Of a stretch of DNA of 36,031 nucleotides, positions 28,043 to 36,031 are shown piece by piece. Both the position numbers and the translations under genes were made by a program. The stretch lies in IMG/VR virus record IMGVR_UViG_2519103024_000004, one strand, 5' to 3'. The DNA comes from a virus. Its lineage: Duplodnaviria > Heunggongvirae > Uroviricota > Caudoviricetes. Every line of letters starts with the position of its first letter. The first letter of the stretch is position 1. Below the pieces are notes generated by a model that made no database searches, had not been told where the DNA came from, and saw nothing but the letters and a program-made list of their open reading frames with translations.

Positions 28043-28558
28043 ATGGCTTTACCACGCAAATTAAAACACCTGAACCTGTTTAACGACGGGAACAACTGGC
28101 AGGGGATCGTTGAGTCGCTGACGCTGCCGAAATTCACCCGCAAATATGAGAAGTATCGCGGCGGCGGAATGCCGGGGGCAGTGGATGTGGATCTGGGGCT
28201 TGATGACAGTGCGCTGGACACAGAATTTTCCATTGGTGGTACTGAACTGCTGCTGTTTAAGCAGATGGGCAAAGCCACGGTGGATGGCATCCAGTTGCGC
28301 TTTACCGGCTCTATCCAGCGTGACGATACCGGGGAAGTGCAGGCCGTGGAGCTTGTGGTGCGTGGACGTCACAAAGAAGTGGATTCCGGTGAGTGGAAGA
28401 CGGGCGAAAGCAACACCACCAAAGTGACCAGTACCAACAGTTACGCGAAGCTGACCATCAATGGTGAGGTGCTCTATGAAGTGGACCTTATCAACATGGT
28501 GGAAATTGTGGACGGTGTGGACCTGATGGAAGCGCACCGCAACGCCCTCGGCCTCTGA
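28043..28558 (+). CDS. FII: tail tube protein (P2 gpFII-like)
   Basis: 171-aa ORF directly after the sheath gene. Confidence 0.9.
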   Translation: MALPRKLKHLNLFNDGNNWQGIVESLTLPKFTRKYEKYRGGGMPGAVDVDLGLDDSALDTEFSIGGTELLLFKQMGKATVDGIQLRFTGSIQRDDTGEVQAVELVVRGRHKEVDSGEWKTGESNTTKVTSTNSYAKLTINGEVLYEVDLINMVEIVDGVDLMEAHRNALGL

Positions 28559-28612
28559 TGTATCTGAACGGCGCGGGATTCCGCGCCAGAACCCAATTTA
28601 CAGGACAACAAA

Positions 28613-28915
28613 ATGAGCGATAAGCAGACTGAAAAGACCATTCAACTGGATACCCCTATCAAGCGCGGTAAAACAGAAATTGCCGAAATTGTGCTGCGTA
28701 AACCGCAGTCCGGTGCGCTGCGCGGTACACGCCTGCAGGCCATTATGGATATGGATGTAAACGCGATGATGACCGTGATCCCCCGCATCTCCAGTCCGGC
28801 ACTGACTGCGCAGGAAATTGCAGAGATGGACCCGGCAGATCTCACTGCCATGTCGGTTGAGGTTGTCACTTTTTTGTTGAAGAAGTCGGTGCTTGCCGGT
28901 TTACCGACAGCCTGA
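28613..28915 (+). CDS. E: tail assembly chaperone (P2 gpE-like)
   Basis: 100-aa ORF between the tube and tape-measure genes; contains TTTTTTG at 28870-28876. Confidence 0.75.
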   Translation: MSDKQTEKTIQLDTPIKRGKTEIAEIVLRKPQSGALRGTRLQAIMDMDVNAMMTVIPRISSPALTAQEIAEMDPADLTAMSVEVVTFLLKKSVLAGLPTA

Positions 28916-29049
28916 CGGTTGACGATCTGGTGGCTGATATCGCCACCATCTTTCACTGGCCGCCATCCGTTACTGACGTTATGCCGCTGACCGAAGTGCT
29001 GGAATGGCGGTATAAAGCGATTCAGAGAAGCGGGGCCAACGATGAGTGA
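28613..29049 (+). CDS. tail assembly chaperone frameshift product (E+E'-like) by predicted -1 ribosomal frameshift
   Basis: slippery heptamer TTTTTTG at 28870-28876; the -1 frame stays open to TGA at 29047-29049, overlapping the tape-measure start. Confidence 0.5.
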
Positions 29050-32000
29050 TAATAACCTGCGCCTGCAGGTCATTCTTAATGCGGTTGACAAACTCACCCG
29101 CCCATTCCGTGCTGCACAGGCCAGTTCGAAAGAGCTGGCTGGCGCAATTCAGAATACCCGAAACAGCCTCAAAGAACTGAATAAGCAGGCTGGCAGAATT
29201 GATGAATTTCGCAAGACGCGCTCGCAACTAGCCATAACAGCCAACAACCTGAACGCAGCCCGCGAAGAGGCGGCAAAACTCGCCACACAATTTGCTGCCA
29301 CTAACAGGCCAACCGCCGCGCAGGCAAAGTTATTCAGTCAGGCCAAAACACGAGTACAGGAACTTCAGCAGACCTATAACGGCTTGTTGGGGGCGGTCCA
29401 GAGACAACGTCAGGCACTTAAAGAATCAGGGATTGATACCAGACAACTCAGTAGTGCCCAGCGAGAACTTAAGAAAAATGCTGAAGAAACAAGGCAGGCA
29501 CTGGAGGGCCAGCAAAGAGCACTTAAACGTCTGGGTGAACAACAGGCACGGATGAACGCTGCCAGAGAACAATACTCAAGACGGCTTGAAGTGCGCGATC
29601 GCATCGCAGGAGCCGGAGCCACTACCACGGCTGCAGGGCTGGCAATGGGCGCACCAGTGATGGCGGCAGTAAAAAGCTATACCAGCATGGAAGATGCCAT
29701 GAAAGGTGTGGCAAAGCAGGCCAATGGTCTGCGTGACGATAATGGCAACCGCACTGCGCGTTTTTATGAAATGCAGGATGCCATCAAGGCTGCCAGCGAA
29801 CAGCTGCCGATGGAAAACGGTGCGGTGGACTTCGCTGCACTGGTTGAAGGTGGGGCGCGCATGAACGTCGCAAACCCTGACGACAGCTGGGAAGACCAGA
29901 AACGTGATCTGCTGGCCTTCGCCAGCACGGCAGCAAAGGCGGCAACAGCCTTTGAGCTGCCAGCGGATGAACTGTCAGAAAGTCTGGGGAAAATCGCCCA
30001 GCTCTACAAAATCCCTACCCGCAATATTGAACAGCTCGGTGATGCGCTGAACTATCTGGATGATAACGCCATGTCGAAAGGGGCAGACATCATTGATGTC
30101 ATGCAACGCCTGGGCGGTGTGGCTGATCGTCTGGATTATCGTAAAGCGGCGGCACTGGGTTCCACCTTTCTGACACTGGGCGCTGCGCCGGAGGTTGCAG
30201 CCAGTGCAGCAAACGCGATGGTGCGTGAATTGTCCATTGCCACCATGCAAAGCAAGAGTTTCTTTGAAGGGATGAATCTGCTGAAACTCAATCCTGAAGT
30301 GATTGAAAAGCAGATGACGAAGGATGCGATGGGAACTATCCAGCGTGTGCTGGAGAAGGTGAACGCACTGCCGCAGGACAAGCGTCTGTCTGCCATGACC
30401 ATGTTGTTTGGTAAAGAGTTTGGTGATGACGCGGCGAAACTGGCAAACAACCTTCCGGAACTGCAGCGCCAGCTAAAACTGACAGCGGGCAATGATGCGC
30501 TCGGTTCCATGCAGAAAGAATCCGACATCAACAAAGACTCACTTTCTGCTCAGTGGTTGCTGGTCAAAACCGGAGCGCAGAACACCTTCAGCAGCCTGGG
30601 CGAAACGCTGCGCCAGCCGCTGATGGATATTCTGTACACGGTGAAAAGCATCACGGGGGCGTTGCGCCGCTGGGTGGAAGCTAACCCGGAACTGACAGGC
30701 ACACTGATGAAAGTAGCGGCTGTTGTGGCTGCGGTTACAGTAGGCCTCGGCACCTTAGCGGTGGCGCTGGCTGCAGTGCTGGGGCCGCTGGCAGTGATCC
30801 GTCTGGGATTCTCTGTGCTGGGTATCAAAACGTTACCTTCTGTTACGGCAGCAGTAACTCGAACCAGCAGCGCGTTGTCCTGGTTGGCTGGCGCACCACT
30901 GGCACTGCTGCGACGCGGGCTTGCTTCATCGGGCAACGTCGCAGGTTTACTTACTGCGCCGTTGTCGTCTTTGCGCCGCACGGCATCACTGACGGGAAAT
31001 GTCCTGAAAACTGTAGCAGGTGCGCCAGTTGCACTTTTGCGGTCTGGATTATCCGGTTTACGTGCTGTTGCTGTGATGTTTATGAATCCTCTGGCGGTAC
31101 TGCGCGGTGGACTGGTCGCCGCAGGCACGGTGCTGCGAGTACTGGCATCTGGTCCACTGGCGATGCTGCGCGTTGCCCTGTATGCCGTATCTGGTCTGTT
31201 AGGTGCTCTGCTCAGTCCGATAGGTCTTGTGGTTACTGCACTGGCGGGCGTGGCGCTGGTTGTCTGGAAATACTGGCAACCCATCACCGCATTTCTTGGT
31301 GGCGTGGTGGAAGGATTCAAAGCGGCGGCAGGTCCCATCAGTGCAGCATTCGAACCGCTTAAGCCCGTGTTCCAGTGGATTGGCGACAAAGTACAGGCGC
31401 TGTGGGGCTGGTTTACTGATCTGCTGACGCCCGTTAAGTCGACCTCTGCCGAACTGCAGAGTGCAGCGGCAATGGGGCGGCGATTCGGAGAGGCACTGGC
31501 GGAAGGGCTGAATATGGTCATGCATCCGCTGGACTCCCTGAAATCCGGCGTTTCCTGGTTGCTGGAGAAACTTGGCATTGTCAGTAAAGAGGCCGCAAAG
31601 GCAAAACTGCCGGAAAGCGTGACGCGTCAGCAACCTGCGACGGTGAATGCAGACGGTAAAGTGATGATGCCATCGGGTGGTTTTCCGTCATGGGGATATG
31701 GCTTTGCGGGGATGTATGACAGCGGCGGGTATATCCCGCGCGGGCAGTTTGGCATCGTCGGTGAAAACGGGCCGGAAATTGTTAACGGCCCGGCAAATGT
31801 GACCAGCCGGAGAAATACAGCTGCACTGGCTGCCGTTGTTGCCGGAATGATGGGCGTTGCTGCCGCGCCAGCAGAGCTTCCACCGTTGCACCCTTTGGCA
31901 CTTCCCGCGAAAGGTGGAGAAGCAATTGTGAGTCGCGCAGCCACTGTGCCGCTCGTTCAACGGATTGAGGCACCGACGCAGATCATCATTCAGACGCAGC

Positions 32001-32119
32001 CAGGACAAAGTGCGCAGGATATTGCGCGGGAGGTGGCACGCCAGCTTGATGAACGTGAACGCAGGCTGAAGGCAAAAGCCAGGAGTAACTACAGCGATCA
32101 GGGGGGATACGACGCATGA
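29042..32119 (+). CDS. T: tail tape measure protein (P2 gpT-like)
   Basis: 1025-aa ORF; N-terminal coiled-coil-like region and central hydrophobic block with repeated (A/N/G)P(L/V)A(L/V/M)LR motifs. Confidence 0.85.
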   Translation: MSDNNLRLQVILNAVDKLTRPFRAAQASSKELAGAIQNTRNSLKELNKQAGRIDEFRKTRSQLAITANNLNAAREEAAKLATQFAATNRPTAAQAKLFSQAKTRVQELQQTYNGLLGAVQRQRQALKESGIDTRQLSSAQRELKKNAEETRQALEGQQRALKRLGEQQARMNAAREQYSRRLEVRDRIAGAGATTTAAGLAMGAPVMAAVKSYTSMEDAMKGVAKQANGLRDDNGNRTARFYEMQDAIKAASEQLPMENGAVDFAALVEGGARMNVANPDDSWEDQKRDLLAFASTAAKAATAFELPADELSESLGKIAQLYKIPTRNIEQLGDALNYLDDNAMSKGADIIDVMQRLGGVADRLDYRKAAALGSTFLTLGAAPEVAASAANAMVRELSIATMQSKSFFEGMNLLKLNPEVIEKQMTKDAMGTIQRVLEKVNALPQDKRLSAMTMLFGKEFGDDAAKLANNLPELQRQLKLTAGNDALGSMQKESDINKDSLSAQWLLVKTGAQNTFSSLGETLRQPLMDILYTVKSITGALRRWVEANPELTGTLMKVAAVVAAVTVGLGTLAVALAAVLGPLAVIRLGFSVLGIKTLPSVTAAVTRTSSALSWLAGAPLALLRRGLASSGNVAGLLTAPLSSLRRTASLTGNVLKTVAGAPVALLRSGLSGLRAVAVMFMNPLAVLRGGLVAAGTVLRVLASGPLAMLRVALYAVSGLLGALLSPIGLVVTALAGVALVVWKYWQPITAFLGGVVEGFKAAAGPISAAFEPLKPVFQWIGDKVQALWGWFTDLLTPVKSTSAELQSAAAMGRRFGEALAEGLNMVMHPLDSLKSGVSWLLEKLGIVSKEAAKAKLPESVTRQQPATVNADGKVMMPSGGFPSWGYGFAGMYDSGGYIPRGQFGIVGENGPEIVNGPANVTSRRNTAALAAVVAGMMGVAAAPAELPPLHPLALPAKGGEAIVSRAATVPLVQRIEAPTQIIIQTQPGQSAQDIAREVARQLDERERRLKAKARSNYSDQGGYDA

Positions 32120-32601
32120 TGATGGTGCTGGGATTGTACGTGTTTATGCTGCACACCGTTCCGTATCAGGAACTGCAGTATCAACGCAGCTGGCGACATG
32201 CGGCAAACAGCCGGGTAAACCGTCGTCCGTCCACGCAGTTTCTGGGACCGGAAAACGACATGCTGACGCTTTCCGGTGTTCTTATGCCGGAGATAACAGG
32301 CGGCAGGCTGTCGTTGCTGGCACTGGAGCAGATGGCAGAACAGGGGAAAGCATGGCCCCTGATTGAAGGCAGCGGCACGATTTACGGCATGTATGTGATT
32401 GAGGGACTGAATCAGACTAAAACGGAGTTTTTCCGCGACGGTATGCCGCGCAGGATTGAGTTCACCCTTTCGCTAAAACGGGTGGATGAATCCCTGTCCG
32501 ATATGTTCGGTGATCTCAGTACTCAACTGAATAATCTGCAGGACACGGCAACGTCTGCCTTAAGCGATATCAGTAAAACGGTGGGAGGGCTGCTGTCGTG
32601 A
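32116..32601 (+). CDS. U: tail protein (P2 gpU-like)
   Basis: 161-aa ORF overlapping the T stop. Confidence 0.8.
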   Translation: MMMVLGLYVFMLHTVPYQELQYQRSWRHAANSRVNRRPSTQFLGPENDMLTLSGVLMPEITGGRLSLLALEQMAEQGKAWPLIEGSGTIYGMYVIEGLNQTKTEFFRDGMPRRIEFTLSLKRVDESLSDMFGDLSTQLNNLQDTATSALSDISKTVGGLLS

Positions 32602-33698
32602 ATTTCAGCTCTGAACTGCTTAACAAAGGCAACAAAACTCCCGCATTCAGCATCAGTATTGAGGGGAAGGATATCACCACTGTGCTGGATAACCGCCTGA
32701 TGAGTCTGACGTTGACGGACAATCGGGGCTTTGAAGCAGACCAGCTTGATCTGGAGCTGGACGACGCCGACGGAAAAATCGTGCTGCCGCGCCGTGGTGC
32801 GGTCATCACGCTGGCGCTGGGCTGGAAGGGGCAGCCGCTTTTCCCGAAAGGGGCATTCACGGTGGACGAGATTGAACACACTGGCGCACCGGATCGCCTG
32901 ACTATCCGGGCGCGAAGTGCTGATTTTCGGGAAACGCTGAATACCCGCCGTGAAAAATCGTGGCATAAGACCACCGTCGGGGAAGTGGTGAAGGAAATAG
33001 CCTCGCGGCATAAGCTGAAGATGGCACTGGGTAAAGACCTGTCGGATAAGCTCGTAGAGCATATAGACCAGACTAATGAGAGTGACGGTAGTTTTCTGAT
33101 GCGGCTGGCGCGACAGTACGGTGCCATCGCGTCGGTGAAAAATGGCAATCTGTTATTCATCCGGCAGGGACAGGGCAAAAGCGCCAGCGGTAAACCACTG
33201 CCGGTGATCTCTATCACACGTAAAGACGGCGACAGTCACCGCTTTACCCTGGCAGATCGCGGAGCCTATACGGGTGTAATTGCCAGCTGGTTGCATACCC
33301 GCGAACCCGCGAAGAAAGAAAGCACTACGGTGAAGCGTAAGCGCAAGACTAAGAAGCAGAAGAAAGAGCCGGAAGCGAAGCAGGGCGATTATCTGGTGGG
33401 TACGGATGAAAACGTGCTGGTACTTAATCGCACTTATGCCAACCGGAGCAACGCCGAACGGGCAGCGAAAATGCAGTGGGAACGCCTGCAACGCGGCGTT
33501 GCATCATTCTCGCTACAACTGGCGGAAGGGCGGGCAGACCTCTACACAGAAATGCCTGTGAAGGTCAGTGGCTTTAAACAGCCGATAGATGATGCGGAAT
33601 GGACCATTACGACTCTGACACATACCGTCAGCCCGGATAACGGTTTTACGACCAGTCTTGAGCTTGAAGTGAGGATCGGTGATCTTGAGATGGAATAA
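32598..33698 (+). CDS. D: tail protein (P2 gpD-like)
   Basis: 366-aa ORF overlapping the U stop; last gene of the tail operon. Confidence 0.85.
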   Translation: MNFSSELLNKGNKTPAFSISIEGKDITTVLDNRLMSLTLTDNRGFEADQLDLELDDADGKIVLPRRGAVITLALGWKGQPLFPKGAFTVDEIEHTGAPDRLTIRARSADFRETLNTRREKSWHKTTVGEVVKEIASRHKLKMALGKDLSDKLVEHIDQTNESDGSFLMRLARQYGAIASVKNGNLLFIRQGQGKSASGKPLPVISITRKDGDSHRFTLADRGAYTGVIASWLHTREPAKKESTTVKRKRKTKKQKKEPEAKQGDYLVGTDENVLVLNRTYANRSNAERAAKMQWERLQRGVASFSLQLAEGRADLYTEMPVKVSGFKQPIDDAEWTITTLTHTVSPDNGFTTSLELEVRIGDLEME

Positions 33699-33766
33699 AT
33701 GGTTCTCAATATTGAATAATGGTGTATCATTATTGTAAATATAGCAAAGATGAGGAGAGTTGATAA

Positions 33767-33982
33767 ATGATGAATTGTCCGTTGTGTGGTCAGGCCGCAC
33801 ATACTCGCAGTAGTTTTCAAGTCTCCTCTCAAACCAAAGAGCGTTACAATCAGTGCACTAATATTGAGTGTGGGCATACGTTTGTAACGCATGAAACCTT
33901 TGTTCGTTCTGTTTGTCGTCCCGAGAAAATCAGTGCCGCCCCACCGCATCCCAAAGGGATGCAGGAGCAATTAGTTTACTGA
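33767..33982 (+). CDS. ogr: late gene transcriptional activator, zinc-finger (P2 Ogr-like)
   Basis: CPLCG...C-x4-C zinc-finger pattern in a ~71-aa ORF at the Ogr position; GAGGAG ribosome-binding site. Confidence 0.8.
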   Translation: MMNCPLCGQAAHTRSSFQVSSQTKERYNQCTNIECGHTFVTHETFVRSVCRPEKISAAPPHPKGMQEQLVY

Positions 33983-33987
33983 TACTA

Positions 33988-34008
33988 ACCCGCCGCTGGC
34001 GGGTTTTG
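33988..34008 (+). terminator. rho-independent terminator after ogr
   Basis: CCCGCC-GCTG-GCGGG hairpin followed by TTTTG. Confidence 0.5.
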
Positions 34009-34084
34009 AATAATATCGAGACAGTTATTTGATTTTTGACACAAGAAGAATGCAAATGATTTTTTAAAATTATTCTATAATAAC

Positions 34085-34798
34085 TTATTTGATTTTAAAT
34101 ATTTCATGAATAGAGAACTCTTTTAATTCATTGCTTTCGTCTTCAACTCTGGTCTTTTCTTCATTAAATTCGTTAAATAACTCATCAAATGGTCTATGAG
34201 TTAAAGAGTTGTATGGGGAGTTAGGGTTTATTTCATTTATTAGTGCGATATACATATTTGTTGCCTGCATGCCTAACTCAAAAACATCAGCGGTAAGTTG
34301 GTTTAGTCTTATTCCTTTTTCTGTGTTTAAGCTTATATTCCAACGAGTTAATGAGCCAATTATAGATCTTGCCTTGTAGGCTGAACTTGTTGCTTTTTCA
34401 ATGTTTTTTGCTGCTTCATCGAGCTGTTTAACTAACTGAGGGTCCTTGGGGTTATTAGTGTTTTTATAAATCTTAATAAGTGTCATATTTAAAAATAAGC
34501 TTGAAAAACTATCTATGCAATCATCGAGAGACATCAATGCTGTATCTATTTTACTAATGGCATTATCGGATAGTTTATCTTTAAATAAGTTTTTGAATGC
34601 ACGAACGGCGTAGGTAGCTAAAATAATATTTGTTGTAGCTATTATAATGTCACTTACAGTCCCCGTATAGTTTGGGGCAATGCTTAATGAACGAAGGCAA
34701 AGATAAATAAACTGCATACAGGCTAAGATTAAAAGGACAAAAACTATTATCACAAGATATCTATTAACTGGCATTTTTTTGTTCAGGTTGAAGTCCAT
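34085..34798 (-). CDS. hypothetical membrane-anchored protein (AT-rich cargo between ogr and ssrA)
   Basis: 237-aa ORF with one or two N-terminal hydrophobic helices and a charged helical C-terminal region; AT-rich. Confidence 0.55.
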   Translation of the reverse strand: MDFNLNKKMPVNRYLVIIVFVLLILACMQFIYLCLRSLSIAPNYTGTVSDIIIATTNIILATYAVRAFKNLFKDKLSDNAISKIDTALMSLDDCIDSFSSLFLNMTLIKIYKNTNNPKDPQLVKQLDEAAKNIEKATSSAYKARSIIGSLTRWNISLNTEKGIRLNQLTADVFELGMQATNMYIALINEINPNSPYNSLTHRPFDELFNEFNEEKTRVEDESNELKEFSIHEIFKIK

Positions 34799-34921
34799 AG
34801 TAGCCTCATATTGAGATTAGAATATAGCTTGAAAGTAGAGGCGTGTGTGCGATCACTCATAAGGATAGAGGGCAATGTGGGTGTACCCAACCCTAGTCCA
34901 TGGCTATCGCCATTTTGCCGC

Positions 34922-34955
34922 CACTACCAAAGAAAAAGGGGCTACGTTTTCACGT
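34922..34955 (-). terminator. ssrA terminator hairpin
   Basis: minus-strand AAGGGGTTACG...CGTAGCCCCTT hairpin followed by TTTTTCT, immediately 3' of the tmRNA CCA end. Confidence 0.45.
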
Positions 34956-34961
34956 AACCCC

Positions 34962-35334
34962 TTGTTTTATTTGGTGGAGCTGGCGGGAGTTGAACCCGCG
35001 TCCGAAATTCCTACATCCTCGGTACTACATGCTTAGTCAGTCTTTACATTCGCTTGCCAGCTGCGGACGGACACGCCACTAACAAACTAGCCTGATTAAG
35101 TTTTAACGCTTCAACCCCAGGCAGGGCTTCCACGCGATCTCTTTTGGGTTTGACCTCTCTTGATCCCCGTCCTAAGAGCGGAGGCTAGGGAGAGAGGGCT
35201 CTAAGCAGGTTATTAAGCTGCTAAAGCGTAGTTTTCGTCGTTTGCGACTATTTTTTGCGGCTTTTTACGAGGCCAACCGCCCCTCGGCATGCACCTTGGG
35301 TTTCGCAAATCCCGTCGAATCCAGAATCAGCCCC
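34962..35334 (-). ncRNA. ssrA: tmRNA (transfer-messenger RNA)
   Basis: reverse complement begins GGGGCTGATTCTGGATTCGACGGG and ends ...GGTTCAACTCCCGCCAGCTCCACCA; encodes the ANDENYALAA tag; matches E. coli ssrA as far as I can recall. Confidence 0.9.
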
Positions 35335-35548
35335 AATGTGTAACGGTAAGTATACCAGATTTATGAGCAGCATGACTAGCCCAAAAGGCGTTATCATCCT
35401 GGAATTAGCGCCTGCATAGTATGATTTTTTTTCGATTAAGCAATGGGATGGCTACATCTGTGTCAGATTTGACAGTCGATAAGATGTTCATTCGCGCCAC
35501 CGGATAGGGAGGCGCGGTGAGGATTTGATTAGTATCGCTTATATAGGT

Positions 35549-36031
35549 TTAACGGTGGGCATTTTTCATGATACGCGCTTTATCCACCTGCCATTCGCGT
35601 TCTTTGATATCTGAACGTTTATCGTGCTGTTTCTTACCTTTGGCGACGCCGATTTTCACTTTGCACCAGGCATTTTTCCAGTACAGGGAGAGCGCCACTA
35701 CGGTATAGCCTTCTCGATTGACGCGACCGTACAATGAGTCCAGTTCGCGCTGGTTGAGAAGTAACTTGCGGGTACGGGTAGGATCGCACACCACATGCGT
35801 GGAGGCCACAGCCATTGGCGTGATGTTAGCGCCAAACAGAAATGCCTCTCCGTCGCGCAGAAGGACATAGCTGTCGCTGATATTGGCTTTTCCTGCGCGC
35901 AGGGATTTAACCTCCCAGCCTTGCAGGGCAAGTCCCGCTTCGAACTCTTCTTCGATAAAGTATTCGTGACGGGCGCGCTTGTTAAGCGCGATGGTCGCTG
36001 AACCAGGTTTATGTGCTTTTTTCTTCGTCAT
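35549..36031 (-). CDS. smpB: SsrA-binding protein
   Basis: 160-aa [58 protein letters not shown]... recognised as SmpB; upstream of ssrA on the same strand, as in enterobacteria. Confidence 0.95.

Larger units (their letters stand above)
1773..34961. mobile_element. P2/186-family prophage integrated beside the ssrA 3' end; left boundary not defined in the window
   Basis: complete P2-like gene order from int to ogr; right end abuts the tmRNA 3' end; no copy of the ssrA 3' end found on the int side, so attL is probably left of the window. Confidence 0.8.

Noticed and set aside
30136-33217. Long antisense ORFs inside the tape-measure and D genes (for example 30550-31578, 32570-33217, 32523-33062)
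   Set aside because: Same reasoning: embedded in confidently assigned tail genes, with low-complexity Ala/Ser/Arg-rich translations typical of GC-rich antisense frames
1-36031. Insertion sequences, transposases or integrons
   Set aside because: No transposase-like ORF or terminal inverted repeats seen; the only recombinases are the prophage tyrosine integrase and the serine invertase

Overview
The window is almost entirely a P2/186-family temperate myovirus prophage (about 1.8-35.0 kb) in an Escherichia-type chromosome, ending beside an intact tmRNA gene (ssrA, 34962-35334, minus) and smpB (35549-36031, minus). The backbone is syntenic with P2: integrase, CI-type repressor, Apl/Cox, CII-like gene, Dam methylase, replication gene A, a LexA-box-controlled DinI/Tum-like module, a candidate cos, then Q-P/O-N-M-L capsid genes, X, lysis cassette, R-S, V-W-J-I-H baseplate and fibre genes, an invertible fibre segment with a Gin/Hin-family invertase, FI-FII-E/E'-T-U-D and ogr. 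Four AT-rich cargo loci interrupt this backbone: (1) a P-loop kinase-like ORF plus a dCMP/cytidine-deaminase ORF at 1-1759, which look like one nucleotide-depletion defence gene split at an A8 run; (2) a 98-aa ORF between cos and Q; (3) a 393-aa unknown protein inserted between S and V, my top candidate for an undescribed accessory or defence function; (4) a 237-aa membrane protein between ogr and ssrA. The assembly has quality problems: two 20-N gaps and duplicated, indel-bearing copies in the fibre region, and homopolymer-associated frame breaks in the repressor and the kinase/deaminase. All calls rest on reading the sequence and ORF track by eye and on recalled family knowledge; no database search was run.
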